Below, piece by piece: positions 26,333 through 38,830 of a DNA stretch of 64,000 nucleotides; position 1 is the stretch's first letter, and the number at the start of each line of letters is the position of its first letter. Source of the stretch: Eledone cirrhosa (taxonomy: Eukaryota). The translations under genes were made by a program, and so were the position numbers. The stretch spans positions 44,268,001-44,332,000 of the forward strand of contig OZ024747.1 of assembly GCA_964016885.1 (NCBI GenBank), in the 5' to 3' direction. The notes under the pieces were generated by a model. The model was not told the DNA's origin. It searched no databases and saw only the letters and a program-made list of their open reading frames with translations.

Positions 26333-27826
26333 AACAGTTTTTAAAAAATCTGTATGTAGTTGATGAAAGGAAGGGCATCCAGCTGTAGAAACCATACCAA
26401 AAGGGATTGAGGACACTTCAGTTGTGTCAGAGACATGGCAACACGATAAATGCACCCAGTTGTAAAGTGGTTGGTGATAGTAAAGGCATCCAACCATAGA
26501 AAATTTGCCAAACAAAGGATCAGGAGGAGTGTTCAGTTGTGTCAAAGACATGACAATCTCCTTAATGTTGGTGCATTGATAAAATGCATCTGGTACACTC
26601 TATAGAATGTGAGAACATACGTGAAATCCCACCCTGGCGAATTTGAAAGGTCAGTAGCCCCCATCAAATACTGTCAACCCATCCTACCCCTGCCAGCAGC
26701 GAGAACGACATTAAATGATGATGATGATAATGATATTGAAGAACATTTAAATATTCAATTATTTTTTTTTAATTAAAGACTACTTATAATTAGTAAAGTA
26801 CAGTCAGAAAACTAAAGTAAATTCTAGTTGGTAATTTTTAACTACCATGACAAACTTTACAAGGCTTGGGCAACAATGACAAGCCTAAGGATACATGATC
26901 TTAAAGAATGAAGACATAAAAGAAGCAGGAAGATGTATAACATCCAGCAGCTAAAAGATGTGAGGCATGATATATATATATAAATGACACAGATTCAATA
27001 TAGAGAAGAATTATGAGTAGGACTTAACATATTTGTAGATGTTCACTCTCTGTCCAAATTCTACCAGCTGTTGTAGTTGGCAAAAAATGAACTTTATATT
27101 ACATAAAGGCTCTAAGTACTAACATAAATATTAATGACCTCATGAGACAAGATAAAACACTTTAGATTAGGGTAAACACTAACTGACCTTCACATATATA
27201 CAAACCTATTAAATAATTGTCTTTAAGTAAGTAAAACAAACATTTTTTCTGGCTAATGAATGGAGAGTTTAAAGTGGCAATGTTTTGCTTGGCAAGAATG
27301 TCAGACCAAATATTCATTTATTCCAGTTTTGCTTGTGGCTGTGTTAATGCTAGGTGAAAATTAGCTTAACTACTGGCTCTGGCATTACAATATTCAGACG
27401 AAGAAAGTTAAGTTCTTTTACCAGAAAAGCTGTAATTTACCTCCAAGTTATAGAAATTTAAGAGACTAGCCAACAAGGAAGTTTCATCAATATAATCACT
27501 TGGCTTGCTCAATAGAGGCAGCCAAATCTCTTTCAACAAATTCCCTACTGTCTTTAATATAAGGGATGACATGATTAAGTCCTAAATCTTAAGAAAAACA
27601 AGCTCACAATAACACAAGAGCTGCAATTAGAAATAGCAACCATAGGTATGCAGCTTAAGCAGAGCTGGCCCTAGGGCTATACAACAACAACTGTAACTAA
27701 AATCCTTATCTACTACTTATAAAACTTGTGTTTACAAACCTTCCAACTTGTGTGAAAACATTTCACACACACAATTTGTCATTCAAAGATAACAAATAGT
27801 TTATCCACAATATAAGCCATCCTTAA

Positions 27827-28436
27827 CCCTTTTGATACCAAACTGCCTTAAACTGCCCATATTTCAACGATATAAATCTGTTTCATTTCATTTTCATCAT
27901 TTCATTTTACATCCGCTTTTTCCCTGCTTGCAAGGGTGGGACGGGAACTGATTCTGGCTTGATTTCTACAGCTGGATGCCCTTCCTAACACCGACCTTAT
28001 TTACAGTGAGTGCTGGGTGCTTTTTTGCCATGGCGCCTCCACGACCACTTTGCAGTGGAATGATAGGGACCCCAGTCCCTATCATCTCATTTCTACAGCT
28101 GAGTAAACTGGAGCAATGTGAAATAAAGTGTCTTGCTCAAGGAAACAACACATGACCCGGTCTGAGAATTGAACTCACAACCTTTCGATTGCAAGGCCAA
28201 TGCTCTAACTATTAAGCCATGTGCCTCCACTATTTGAAAATATCATCCTCATCATTTATCTAAAAACCTTCATTCATAATTTTATGTAGGAATCTTTCTT
28301 AAGTTATGTCCCAAACACTAGTTTAGTAACAATAAAACTAGTTATATTATTAAATACCTCAAATTTCCTGATTATTTTCAAAATTATTTAAAAATTACAA
28401 ACAGTGTGTTTCATTAGAAATATGTCAACAAAAGGT
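27827..28436. mobile_element. TTAA MITE interrupted by a SINE
   Basis: TTAA 27823-27826 then cccttttgatacc; right end gtcaacaaaaggt-TTAA 28437-28440; SINE nested inside. Confidence 0.65.
27881..28228 (-). mobile_element. SINE family A, full length
   Basis: Reverse complement of 7679-8016 at high identity. Confidence 0.9.
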
Positions 28437-29149
28437 TTAATAGCCACAAATTTGGTGGAAAGAAGAATCAGGGCTGATTACATCAATTCTAGATTGTAAC
28501 AGCTTTTTACTTTATTCACTACAGAATGATAAAAGTTAAGTTGATCCCAGTAAGATTTGAACTCAGAATATAAAAGGACATAACTAAATACTTGCTGCAA
28601 GGCATTCAGTCTGTCTACCATTTTACACCATCTAAAACATCCATACATAAAAAAAATTAAAGATCCATCATTTTAACCTCAACTTTTCATTTGCTAATGG
28701 CTTTTTGAATATAGAATATATTTTTCCTCTCTCTCTCACACATGTCTTGATTTTACATTTCTTTCACCAACATATAAAAACTGTCTATTTTCAATTATAT
28801 AAACAATGAATAACTTGATGCATTGAGTTAAAATAAATAAATAAATCATGTCATTATGAGTTATATTTATGTAGTGTTTTTGTATTTTGCCTTTTTTACT
28901 TCAAGTAGATAAAATTTTGATGAGGATGTAATTAGAAGTTGAAAGTACAATATTGCATATGCTTTAAAGTTATCATGGAAAATATACAACATACATCATA
29001 TTTGAACTCGTGCATAGAAGAAAAAAGATTTGATAAAAAAGAAAAAAAGATTAAACTGAACAAAAATAAACATCACATTCTGAGATAAATATCTGTTAGA
29101 TTTAGACCTTTTGCATGACAAAATTAATAAACATACTGTATAATGTACG

Positions 29150-29185
<36 letters not shown>

Positions 29186-29307
29186 CACACCTACACACAC
29201 ATATGCGCAAACATTAATACAAGCCACTAATGGTTTTTCTCATTCATGTGTAAATAAAAATATCACGCTTTTTAGAGCCAAGAGTTCACAATTCAAATGC
29301 ATTTTGA

Positions 29308-30093
29308 AATATATACATACATACACATATATGTAAATATATATACATACGTACAAATACATATAATATATATATATATATACATACACATATATGTAAA
29401 TATATATACAAACATACAAATACATATAATATATATATATATATATATACATATATGTAAATATATATACAAACATACAAATACATATAATATATATATA
29501 TATATATATACATACACATATATGTAAATATATATACAAACATACAAATACATATAATATATATATATATACATACACATATATGTAAATATATATACAA
29601 ACATACAAATACATATAATATATATATATACATACATATGTAAATATATATACAAACATACAAATACATATAATATATATATATATACATACATATGTAA
29701 ATATATATACAAACAGACAAATACATATAATATATATATATATACATACATATGTAAATATATATACAAACAGACAAATACATATAATATATATATATAT
29801 ACATACATACATACATACACATATATGTAAAATATATACAAACATACAAATACATATAATATATATATATATACATACATACAAATACATATAATATATA
29901 TATATACATACATACAAATACATATAATATATATATATACATACATACAAATACATATAATATATATACATATATACACTATATATATATATATATATAC
30001 ATATATACACTATATACATACATACATACATACATACATACACTATATATATGTATACATACATACACATGTAAATATATATACATACATACA
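29308..30093. repeat. Minisatellite built from TA/CA units (~55-60-bp higher-order repeat, ~9 copies, then shorter units)
   Basis: Recurring atatgtaaatatatatacaaacatacaaatacatataat(at)n. Confidence 0.95.
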
Positions 30094-32160
30094 TTGCTGG
30101 CAGTCCCGTGCCAGCTCCTTTGCATCCCCCAAGGCGATGGCGAGCCTCCAGAGATGATCTGATGGCATCCAGCCATCTAGTGTGGGGCTTGTCACAGGGC
30201 TCTATTCCAGCCTGCAGCCGCTGCACTGAATGAGAGTAAGGCCCTGGTAGGATAATCAGGTGGAAAGCAGAGGACATGTCCGTACCATGTCCTGTTTTAG
30301 CATAATACTGAGAAATAAGAACAAAGTTGGAGTGAGAACACAACCCTGCTTCACACTGTTAGCGATTTGGAATAGCTGAGACAGGTCAATTCCAAGTCTG
30401 ATCCTACCAAGTGGTCCATCATTGAGCTGGGCAATCATGGTATGGAACTTAGGTGGGCAGCCCAGCTTTTCCAGAATGTGCCAGTCCTTTTCTGCTCACG
30501 GTGTCAAATGCTTCTGTCAGGTCGAAGGTAATAAACAGACCTGTTTGGTTCACAGCAATTCTTCTTGAGCAGTCTCAAAGCAAACACCATGTCCACGGTG
30601 CTTCGGTTTGCTCTAAAGCTGCACTGGCTCCCAGGAAGATGGTCCCCAACAATGATGTGCCAGTCTGTTGAGCAGTATTCGGGTCAGGAATTTTCCTGTG
30701 GTGGAGAGCAGACTGATGCCTCTGTAGTTGGAGTAGTCAGCCTCTTCCTCTTTGTTTTTATATAAGGTAATGATGATGGTATCTCGGAGGTCTGGAGGAA
30801 GTGTGCCATGTCCCCAACAACTGATGAAGAATTCATAAAGTCTGGAATGAAGGGATGGACCGCCATTAATCCAGACTTCTGGGGAATTCCGTCAACACCT
30901 GCAGCTTTGCAGGTTTTCATCGTCTTAAAAGCTTGTATAGTTTCCTGGAGTGTTACAGGTTTGTCAAGTACATCTTTCACAGGCAGCTGTGGTATGTATA
31001 TAGAGTCAACCGCCGTGTCGTGGACCGTGTGATTGGCATTAAAGAAACTTTGGAAGTGTTCGGACCAGCAGGTCATGATGGAACCCCCGTCACTTAGCAA
31101 GACCCCCTCCATGTTAGGTACGATAGACCAGCTTGGATTTTCTCAGTAAGACCAGTCCACTACTTATTTTGAAGTTCCCAGAGCCTGCACTAGAGCTCAC
31201 CACAGGTGAGGCAAAAGGCTACCGTCTTCTGAGAACAGGAAGGCTGATCCAAATAAGCTTGGTATGCTGACCTCTTCCATGCAAAGAGCTCATGGGTTTC
31301 CCTGTTATTCTCATCAAACCAATCTTGGTTTTTCTTGGAGTGAAATCCAAGCAATTCTCGGGCAGTCTGCAGGACAATGTTCTTAAGGTGGTCCCAAAGT
31401 GGTTCAGGTGGTACGTCTAACTGGGTAGACATCACCCTCAAGTTTAAGCTGCACGACATGCTAGATTTTGCCCTGCTCGCACCAGTGAAGAGCCTGCCAA
31501 TGCAGTTTCCTCCGAGAGCAGCTTCCCACACCATGTTTCCCAACCACATCCCTCCAGGTCTCAGCATTTCGGCCTACTCTTGCATTGAAGTCCCCGTATG
31601 ATGACTTATGAACGAGGAAGACTCGGAGGACATTCCTCAGATCTTCTGAATAGAACCTGTTTTTGTCCGCCCTGAAGTGTTGGGAGATAAATGCTGCCAG
31701 CCATAAAGAGGAAGGCACATGGACATGATGCAGTCACTGTAGCTTGTTGGATGGTGGTGGGACAGTTTGGAGGCAATGGAATTCTGACGATGATGCCCAC
31801 CCCTGCAAACCGCTTCTCCTTTGGCCTTCCGCTCTAGTAGACCGTATAGCCTGCAACATGTTCTGTCAGGCACCCTCTTCAAAGAGACAAACTTCGCTGA
31901 GAGCCGCACCATCTATGCGCTCAGAGCAGTTGCTATTTGGGACATCAAGCAATGTTCTGACGGTCTACCATGCCACAATTAATTTAAGCTTGGCACCAAT
32001 TTTGGTCACGTTTGGGGTACACTTTTTGAGGCTACATTTTCTAGACCCTCCTCCATGTGCAGCAAGCAGCGCTACCCTAAAAAGGGTTGCTCAGACATTC
32101 AGAGAACTGCCGAATGATGCCAAGCATCAGACGACCTTCTACTCCAAGCTTAAACTTTAA
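30094..32160 (-). mobile_element. RTE (BovB-like) LINE, decayed and internally deleted; endonuclease, linker and partial RT
   Basis: [64 protein letters not shown] across shifted frames. Confidence 0.9.
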
Positions 32161-32168
32161 TCTGTACT

Positions 32169-32360
32169 AATAATTGTTTCTACTTTTGGCACAAGGCCAG
32201 CAATTACCCAGTGTTTTACTGGTACTTTATTTTATCGACTCCGTAAGGATGAAAGGCAAAGTTATCCTCGGCAGGATTTGAGCTCAGAATGGCAAGGGCC
32301 GTAACTCAATGCGTCAAAGCCTTGCATCCGCCCTCTACCGATACTGCCAATCCACCGCCC
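32169..32360 (-). mobile_element. SINE family B copy
   Basis: Matches 20455-20637. Confidence 0.8.
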
Positions 32361-32406
32361 ATAATAATAATAATATATATGTATATATACATATACACAC
32401 ACACAT

Positions 32407-32443
<37 letters not shown>

Positions 32444-33019
32444 ATACATACACAATTCATATATACACACATAAATAGAAATAGCTTACTGACAACCACA
32501 AAGAGTACTACCAATATTTTTCTAAACAGTGTTTGATTTTCGATTATTTAAACTTTTTTTCTTTTTCTTTTAAATAAGGAAACAAAAAATGGTGAAGACA
32601 GAAAGCAAGAGATTTGTTTGAATGTATCAAGAAAAATTTCTACAATCAATTCTTAACTTTATATTATAATAAATGCAGCTGTGAAAGATATAAAAATACT
32701 AAAAAAAAAAATAATAAAAATCTGCTAATAGACTGTCATCATCATCCCTGATGATGATGTCAATAATGGAAATAAATTTGACATGTAAGAATTTTTAAAG
32801 ATTAACTACATATAGTGGCACCAATAATACATTTAAAGTAAAACAAAACAAATATCAAAATAGGCAAATTGTTTTCTAAAATATGTAGTATGTAGTTTTT
32901 GAAAGGCAGGCAGATGCAACCATGTATGAGAAAACTGAATAGATAAAACAAGAAAACAAACATCTTTGTAATATACAGGCCAATCTTTATCAAACTTTCT
33001 GTTTGCATATATATATATA

Positions 33020-33363
33020 CAATGATATTAAATAAATGGAAACTATATTTATAAAACCATATTTATTTTATTATATATATTTCAAGGGTACCAAGACAAC
33101 ATTGGTACGCTTTCAGATAAAATACAAAGTTTGTTTTATACATAGAGACATACTCATGAAAAGCATACCTTATCGGTTGGAAATTCACTGGATAGTGAAT
33201 TTCCAACCGATAAGGTATGATTTTCATGGGTATGTCTCTATTTATAAAACAAACTTTGTATTTTATCTGATGAAAGCGTACCAATGTTGTCTTGGTACTC
33301 TTGAAATATATATAAAATAAATATGGTTTTATAAATATAGTTTCCATTTATTTAATATCATTG
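33020..33363. repeat. 344-bp near-perfect palindrome (~170-bp arms, 4-nt loop), probably a Penelope-like inverted pLTR
   Basis: caatgatattaaataaatgg...ttcact-GGAT-agtgaa...ccatttatttaatatcattg; unique tail to ~33455; TA runs on both sides. Confidence 0.95.
33259..33320 (+). ncRNA. Type I minimal hammerhead ribozyme motif
   Basis: tattttat-CTGATGA(33267-33273)-aagcgtaccaa-tgttgtc-ttggtactctt-GAAA(33303-33306)-tatata-TA-aaata. Confidence 0.65.
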
Positions 33364-33690
33364 AATATTTACTCCAGTAACTTGTTGAGTGTTCTAAATC
33401 AGTTATAAACATTTATATTTGTCGGACTTCCAACAAATTAAATACCCCTTCTACTTATATATATATATATATATATACACACCATATATAATGAATATCA
33501 TCCACATCATATTAACAGTCCTGTCCTTATTGAAAGCTTTTTGAAAAGAGAAGCAACTTCTGCTGTAAGAAGAGTCTCCATTTATAATGTGTGTGTGTAT
33601 ATATATAAAAAGATTCAGGACCCCGATGGTCCACCTGGTATCTTACCACACCCTCTTTGTTATATATATAAATATATATATATATATGTG

Positions 33691-33810
33691 AAGGCGTGTG
33701 GCCGAGTTGGTTAGAGAATTGGGTTCACACTCGTGAGGTTATGAGTTCGATTCCCAGACCGGGTGATGCGTTATGTCCTTGAGCAAGACCCTTTATTTCA
33801 CATTGCTCCT
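33691..33810 (+). mobile_element. SINE 5' part (tRNA head and CORE), truncated
   Basis: ggcgtgtggccgagttggttagag...gagttcgattcccagaccggg...ccttgagcaagaccctttatttcacattgctcc. Confidence 0.8.
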
Positions 33811-35254
33811 TCTACCTGGAGTTGCGACCGATAGATAGTATCAGCAATTGGAAAGACCAATGGAAACATTGTTTTCTTGGTCTGATTTGACTAAAGTCGA
33901 TCGAAAGAAAAAAAAAATATATATATATATATATATTATCCAGGTTTTTAGAATAGGTACACTCTATGCCTAAATATCATAAGAGGCAACTAAAAGGATT
34001 GGCATCGAGAAGGGCTGTAAAACATTCTCAAAACATCCTGTCCAATCGATGCTAGTATGGAAAACCAGACATAACAATGATATATATATATCTGTATAAA
34101 TATGCACATAATCAGTTTTTTTTTTAATGCTTGCATGGGATAGATGGGTTGTCATGCAAAGGTCATACAAGCAAGTCAGGCGACTGTCTTTTGCTCATAT
34201 GTTCTATTTTGGCATGGTCTCTACAGCTGGATGATTTCCTAATGCCAACCACTTCATGGCATACTTCAGGCTTGTCTTCTTGTGGTACTCGCACTACAAC
34301 CTGTCAGGGTAGACTGTGTGCTTTTTTTCATGGGCACCCGCACTGCCACTTGACGGTGTGTGCAGGGAGCATTTTATCATGTCCCCAGCATTATCACTTT
34401 ACAGAGTGGGCTAGGTGCAATCTTTATTGTGGTACAGTACTACCACATTTGCATCCTTGGCCAGGCTGGGAGTTGTGTGTGTGCCTGTTAGTAGAGGGAG
34501 ACTGTATTAGCTTCCCATGTGGATATGATTGGGAACAGAAGTGGGGAATTCAGGGATAAGTTTGGAAGTGTTGGGTTATAGATAGAGGGTAAGGAGTGAG
34601 CAAGCAGCATCTAGCAGTACAATGAAGGGGCATCTGTCTTTAGGTAAGAATCAGGGATGTGAGAGGGAGGGAAAACTAGGTGGGTAGAAGGACTATAATG
34701 AGTGAGATCATGTAAGGGGCAACCTAAGTGCTGTTACATCTCTCTACCTTTTAAGATCATCCTTCCCATGCTCATGGAGTCAGGTATGTGAATGGAGGGG
34801 GAAGGACTAGGTGCAGAGATGCAGGATATGTAGTGGGGGTTGATAGATGGTGTTGTCTAAGTGTTGTTGCATTTTACTGATTTTAATGTATGATTGACAT
34901 GTGGCACACAAGAAGCAATAGAAATAAATTATGCAATCCAAATTTAATTTACTTTTCAGTTGTGCCAAAGACAACATCTTCCCTAGTGTGGGTGCCATGA
35001 TAAAAATACACAGTATACTCTGTGGAGTGAATGATGAGTTAGTGGCACCAATTGAGTACTGATCTATGTGTGTGTGTGTGTGTTTATTCACCAATGTCCT
35101 CTGGGTTTATGTTTGTGTCTATGTCCTGCAACTTAGCAGTTCAGCAAAAAAAGAGATCAATAAAATAAGTACTAGATTTGAAAAAAAAGTTCTGGGGAAA
35201 TATGATCACCTAAATCAAGGTGGTGCCCCAGCATGGCACCACAGTCAAATGACA

Positions 35255-35311
<57 letters not shown>

Positions 35312-35945
35312 CAAATTCAATACAATATCTCAAGTAATTCCATTTATAGTCAATCTTATTTGAGGTTGGCCAGCAACCTTGCAGAGAAAAAAAGCAGTAT
35401 TAGCATATATCCAGATTTCAGATTTTGAGGGAAAGTTTGAAATAAAATGAAAAAGGAATCACATCATTATATTCTTAGGCACAAGCATACAAATACATAA
35501 GGATGTGATGGTTGCCAATAGCCACCTGCAGGGGTTTCAATATAATGATGTCTATGGCTTCTGCAGAGGTTAAGTCAACAATGGATTAGTTCACAATGAT
35601 TTCTGAATATGGGAGAGGAGGGCATCTGCCAAGAAATAAATAATTTGAGCCAGAGAAATTTTTCACTTTTGTGCAAGAAAAGTAAGAAAAATTCTATAGC
35701 AAAGATATTCATATATTCTTTTGCCTCTCACAGCCTACTGCTAATTCAAACTTATACACCACACCTATTAGTGCATTAGTTAAGACTGCTGAGAATGCAT
35801 GCTGAAATGCTTATGGGCATTATATATGTGCACGAGTGTGTGGGGGTTTGTAAAATAATGTTAGGCAAGGGAAAGAAATTAAAATAACACCTGAACATTT
35901 TCTATGACAAGTTTGACAGATTGGTGAATAAAGTTGTAATATAGA

Positions 35946-36580
35946 CAGGGTGAGTCATAAGTAACCAGGCAGTCCACCATCTATATTCCAAATGATATTT
36001 ACTAACATTCTGGTCATACAGAATGAAATTATAAATAAATGAATCAAACAAAAGTAGTTAAAAGAAATATAATTGAAGAAAGTGTTTGAAAAGCTGACCC
36101 CCGTTCCTCAATACATTTTGAAACTATCAAGAACAGAGTAGCACACACGTCAACGACATTGATTTCTGCAAAAGAATTCACTATACTTGCTTTAACCCTT
36201 TAGCATTTAAGCCAGTCATATCAAGCCAGAATTCTCTCACCTCTTTCTGTTCAAACTGGTCACTTATGGCGACGTTTAAGTATTGTTCTCAAAATAAATA
36301 ATATCAAAATCTCATAGATTCGATATTATGTGAGATAAAGATTTTACCATGAAAATATAATAGTAAATATAAAGTAATGCAAATGCTAAAAGGGTTAAGC
36401 TGCTGAACACTTCTCGGTTTTTCAGTGTAGACAGAATTCTTCTGTAGCACCCCGGCTCCCAAGTCAAGAGGTAAAATCAGAAGATCAAGAAGGATACTCA
36501 ATAGGACCATGGTATCTAATCCATCTACGTGTAAAGTATTCATCAAGCCAGTTGCGTACAACAATGCTCATACATAAACA
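35946..36580 (-). mobile_element. Tc1/mariner-superfamily relic (transposase C-terminus and terminal CAGGGTG)
   Basis: RWIRYHGPIEYPS*SSD..PLD..G..KNSVYTEKPRSVQQ|LKASIVNSFAEI resembles RWIGRRGPIEWPPRSPDLTPLDFFLWG; split by a MITE. Confidence 0.7.
36196..36394. mobile_element. piggyBac-type MITE with TTAA TSD
   Basis: TTAA-CCCTTTAGCATTT ... AAATGCTAAAAGGG-TTAA; terminus shared with the piggyBac relic at 9547. Confidence 0.85.
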
Positions 36581-36659
36581 AATTTTCATACTACTCATAA
36601 ATATATTGAAATGTCTAAAACCATTTTAGATTTATTTTCCAAGCTTGCATGAGTTAAAC

Positions 36660-37212
36660 AATTATTGGTTCTATCAATAATAGGTTCTTCTGCAAACAAG
36701 ACCATGGTAGAGAGATCTTTATACAAGCAAGTATAGATAGAATTTTTTTTTTTTTTTAATCTGGCCTGTACTCAAATAGTTTTTTCTCAGTTAAATTTAA
36801 TATATAATATTGCTTCTCTGAGTGATTCCACTCATTGAGATGTTTAAGTATTAGAGATTAATTAACCATTAATTAATATTAAAGCACTACATAATTTGTT
36901 GAGTTGTATCAGACGGTCTTTTGGCTACTATTTCTAGCGGCATTATAAACAGAAGTATTTTGATTATTTAATACTTCAATTACACATGTGCTCTTGTTCA
37001 CCATGCGGCCTCGGCAAAGAAACGGTATGTATAATTTCATGGTCATTATATCCTTATCTTTTTTAAGAACTAAAACTCCCTTGAAGAGTATTGCAGATTC
37101 TGCAATTATTGGTTCTACCAATAATAGGTTTTTCTGCAAACGAAACCATGGTAGGGAGATCTTTATACAAGTGAGTATAGATAGAATAAATAGAGTTTTT
37201 TCTCAATTAAAT

Positions 37213-37215
<3 letters not shown>
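36660..37215. repeat. Diverged direct repeat (~85-110 bp, copies starting ~36660 and ~37104)
   Basis: aattattggttcta.caataatagg...accatggtag.gagatctttatacaag..agtatagatagaat occurs twice. Confidence 0.8.
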
Positions 37216-37244
<29 letters not shown>

Positions 37245-37251
37245 TACATAA

Positions 37252-37462
37252 TAAAAGGACAATTAGTTATGTCTTCATTACGTTTATTGAGTAGTGACGC
37301 GCGTTTCGCTATTGATCAGCTCAAGGTTTGATCTGTCATTACCACAGAAGTCCAATGAGCTTTTGATTCCAGAGTCGGGCTAGATGGAACCTTCAGCTGA
37401 TCAACAGCAAAACACGCGTCATTACTCAAACGTAATGAAGACATAACTAATCGCCCTTTTAT
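37252..37462. repeat. Imperfect ~75-bp inverted repeat with ~55-bp spacer; each arm carries a hammerhead-like motif
   Basis: attagttatgtcttcattacgttt..gacgcgcgtttcgctattgatcagct / agctgatcaacagcaaaacacgcgtc..aaacgtaatgaagacataactaat. Confidence 0.85.
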
Positions 37463-38563
37463 TATTATAATTACACTCTGCTTAGTTCTACCTCTTTGCA
37501 GACTGGAAACTACGCATCGAGTGCTCACTTGGGTGAACCTGCAGTAACTGCATGTTACACTCCCTAGATACATACATACATATATAAACACAAACACCAC
37601 ACACACGTGTATGTGGTGTGTGTGTGTTTATATATGTATGTTTACACAAATGTTGCAGATATTGCCAGTTAATCATTGCTTGCTCTAATTAACTCTTTAG
37701 CAGCGTTTTGCTCTAGGCAATATAACAGCAACACTGGGATGTGAACTTGCGTTACTTTGAACCACGAGACATCTTAGTCACTTTATCACTGTAACTGTAA
37801 ATATCTGAATGATTTAATATATGAGCTGACTTGTTGGTATCCACATTGTAGTGAAACTTGACATTGTTACAAAAACTGATGCCATGAGCACCACACCAAC
37901 ACATACTTACAAACATACACAGAAAAAAAAAAGGTCAAGAAGTGTGCATATGGCCTGCAGATGAAATCTTACTGATGGCAACAGTCTTCCTTTGATTTAT
38001 GCATGGCTACTTACTGAAGAAATTTTATAAGACTTTCAAGAAAAGAAGGTAAAGTCAATCAATTTAGCCCGTGGTCAAAATCAATCCATTTAACAAGGTC
38101 TGTTGTCATTCTGTAATTCAATGGTCCAAACAGATTCTTAACAAGGGTATTTCAATGAAAGAGTCTCTCAGCTGAGGTTATGTTGAGGCTAATGTTATAC
38201 TTCAAACTTAACACAATAATAATGAAGGATACTCTGAGGAAGAATGAGACGTAGTGGAGAGGGAGGAGAAGGTGACTGGCTACTCATCTGAATTTCTTTC
38301 TTTTATGTTACTATATACCTCTAGCAATATAAAAGCGAACATTTCTAACATTATCTAGCTTCTGATTGTTGAAATTCCTACTATATTCATAAGTGATAAT
38401 AAATAAATAAATAAAAACATGATTTTTTTTTTTTAAGTGTGTACAATACATACATAGGAGTTCTCAAGCTGACCACAATCTACTAGATGAAACCAGTAAA
38501 ATTGTTACATTATTATCATATATATTCATACATATAAATAATGCGTGTATGTGTGTGAGAGTA

Positions 38564-38830
38564 TATGGCTTAGTGGTTAGAAAATAGCGCTTACAATATT
38601 GATGTTGTGACTGATTGCTGGTACAAAATATATTGTCCTAAAGCAAGACATTATTTCATGTTGCGATATCACTGGTGCCACACTGTATCGGCCTTTGCCT
38701 TTCTTTTGGACATCAATGGTGTGAAGAAGGGAGACAGGTATGCATGGGCGATTGTTAGTCTTTCACAAAAACATCTTGGACCACAAGTTTCTAGATACAC
38801 ACCTGTGGTCATTTATGATTAAAAGGAACC
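38564..38830 (+). mobile_element. Old SINE copy (tRNA head and CORE remnant)
   Basis: tggcttagtggttag...agcaagacattatttcatgttgc. Confidence 0.6.

Noticed and set aside
29308-30000. Repeat-spacer appearance suggesting a CRISPR-like array
   Set aside because: The apparent spacers are only variable (TA)n lengths; there are no unique spacers or cas genes, and the context is eukaryotic
29240-30343. 367-aa and overlapping ORFs with periodic sequence
   Set aside because: Translation of the minisatellite fused to RTE debris
32736-32763. CTGATGA within a small (CAT)/(ATG) hairpin; other CTGANGA hits at 5501, 6227, 14819, 19982
   Set aside because: No helix II plus GAAA plus helix III/I arrangement; chance matches
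33036-33347. Two mirror-image 94-aa ORFs starting METIFIKPYLF
   Set aside because: A by-product of the palindrome; indels between arms shift the frames and there is no protein signal
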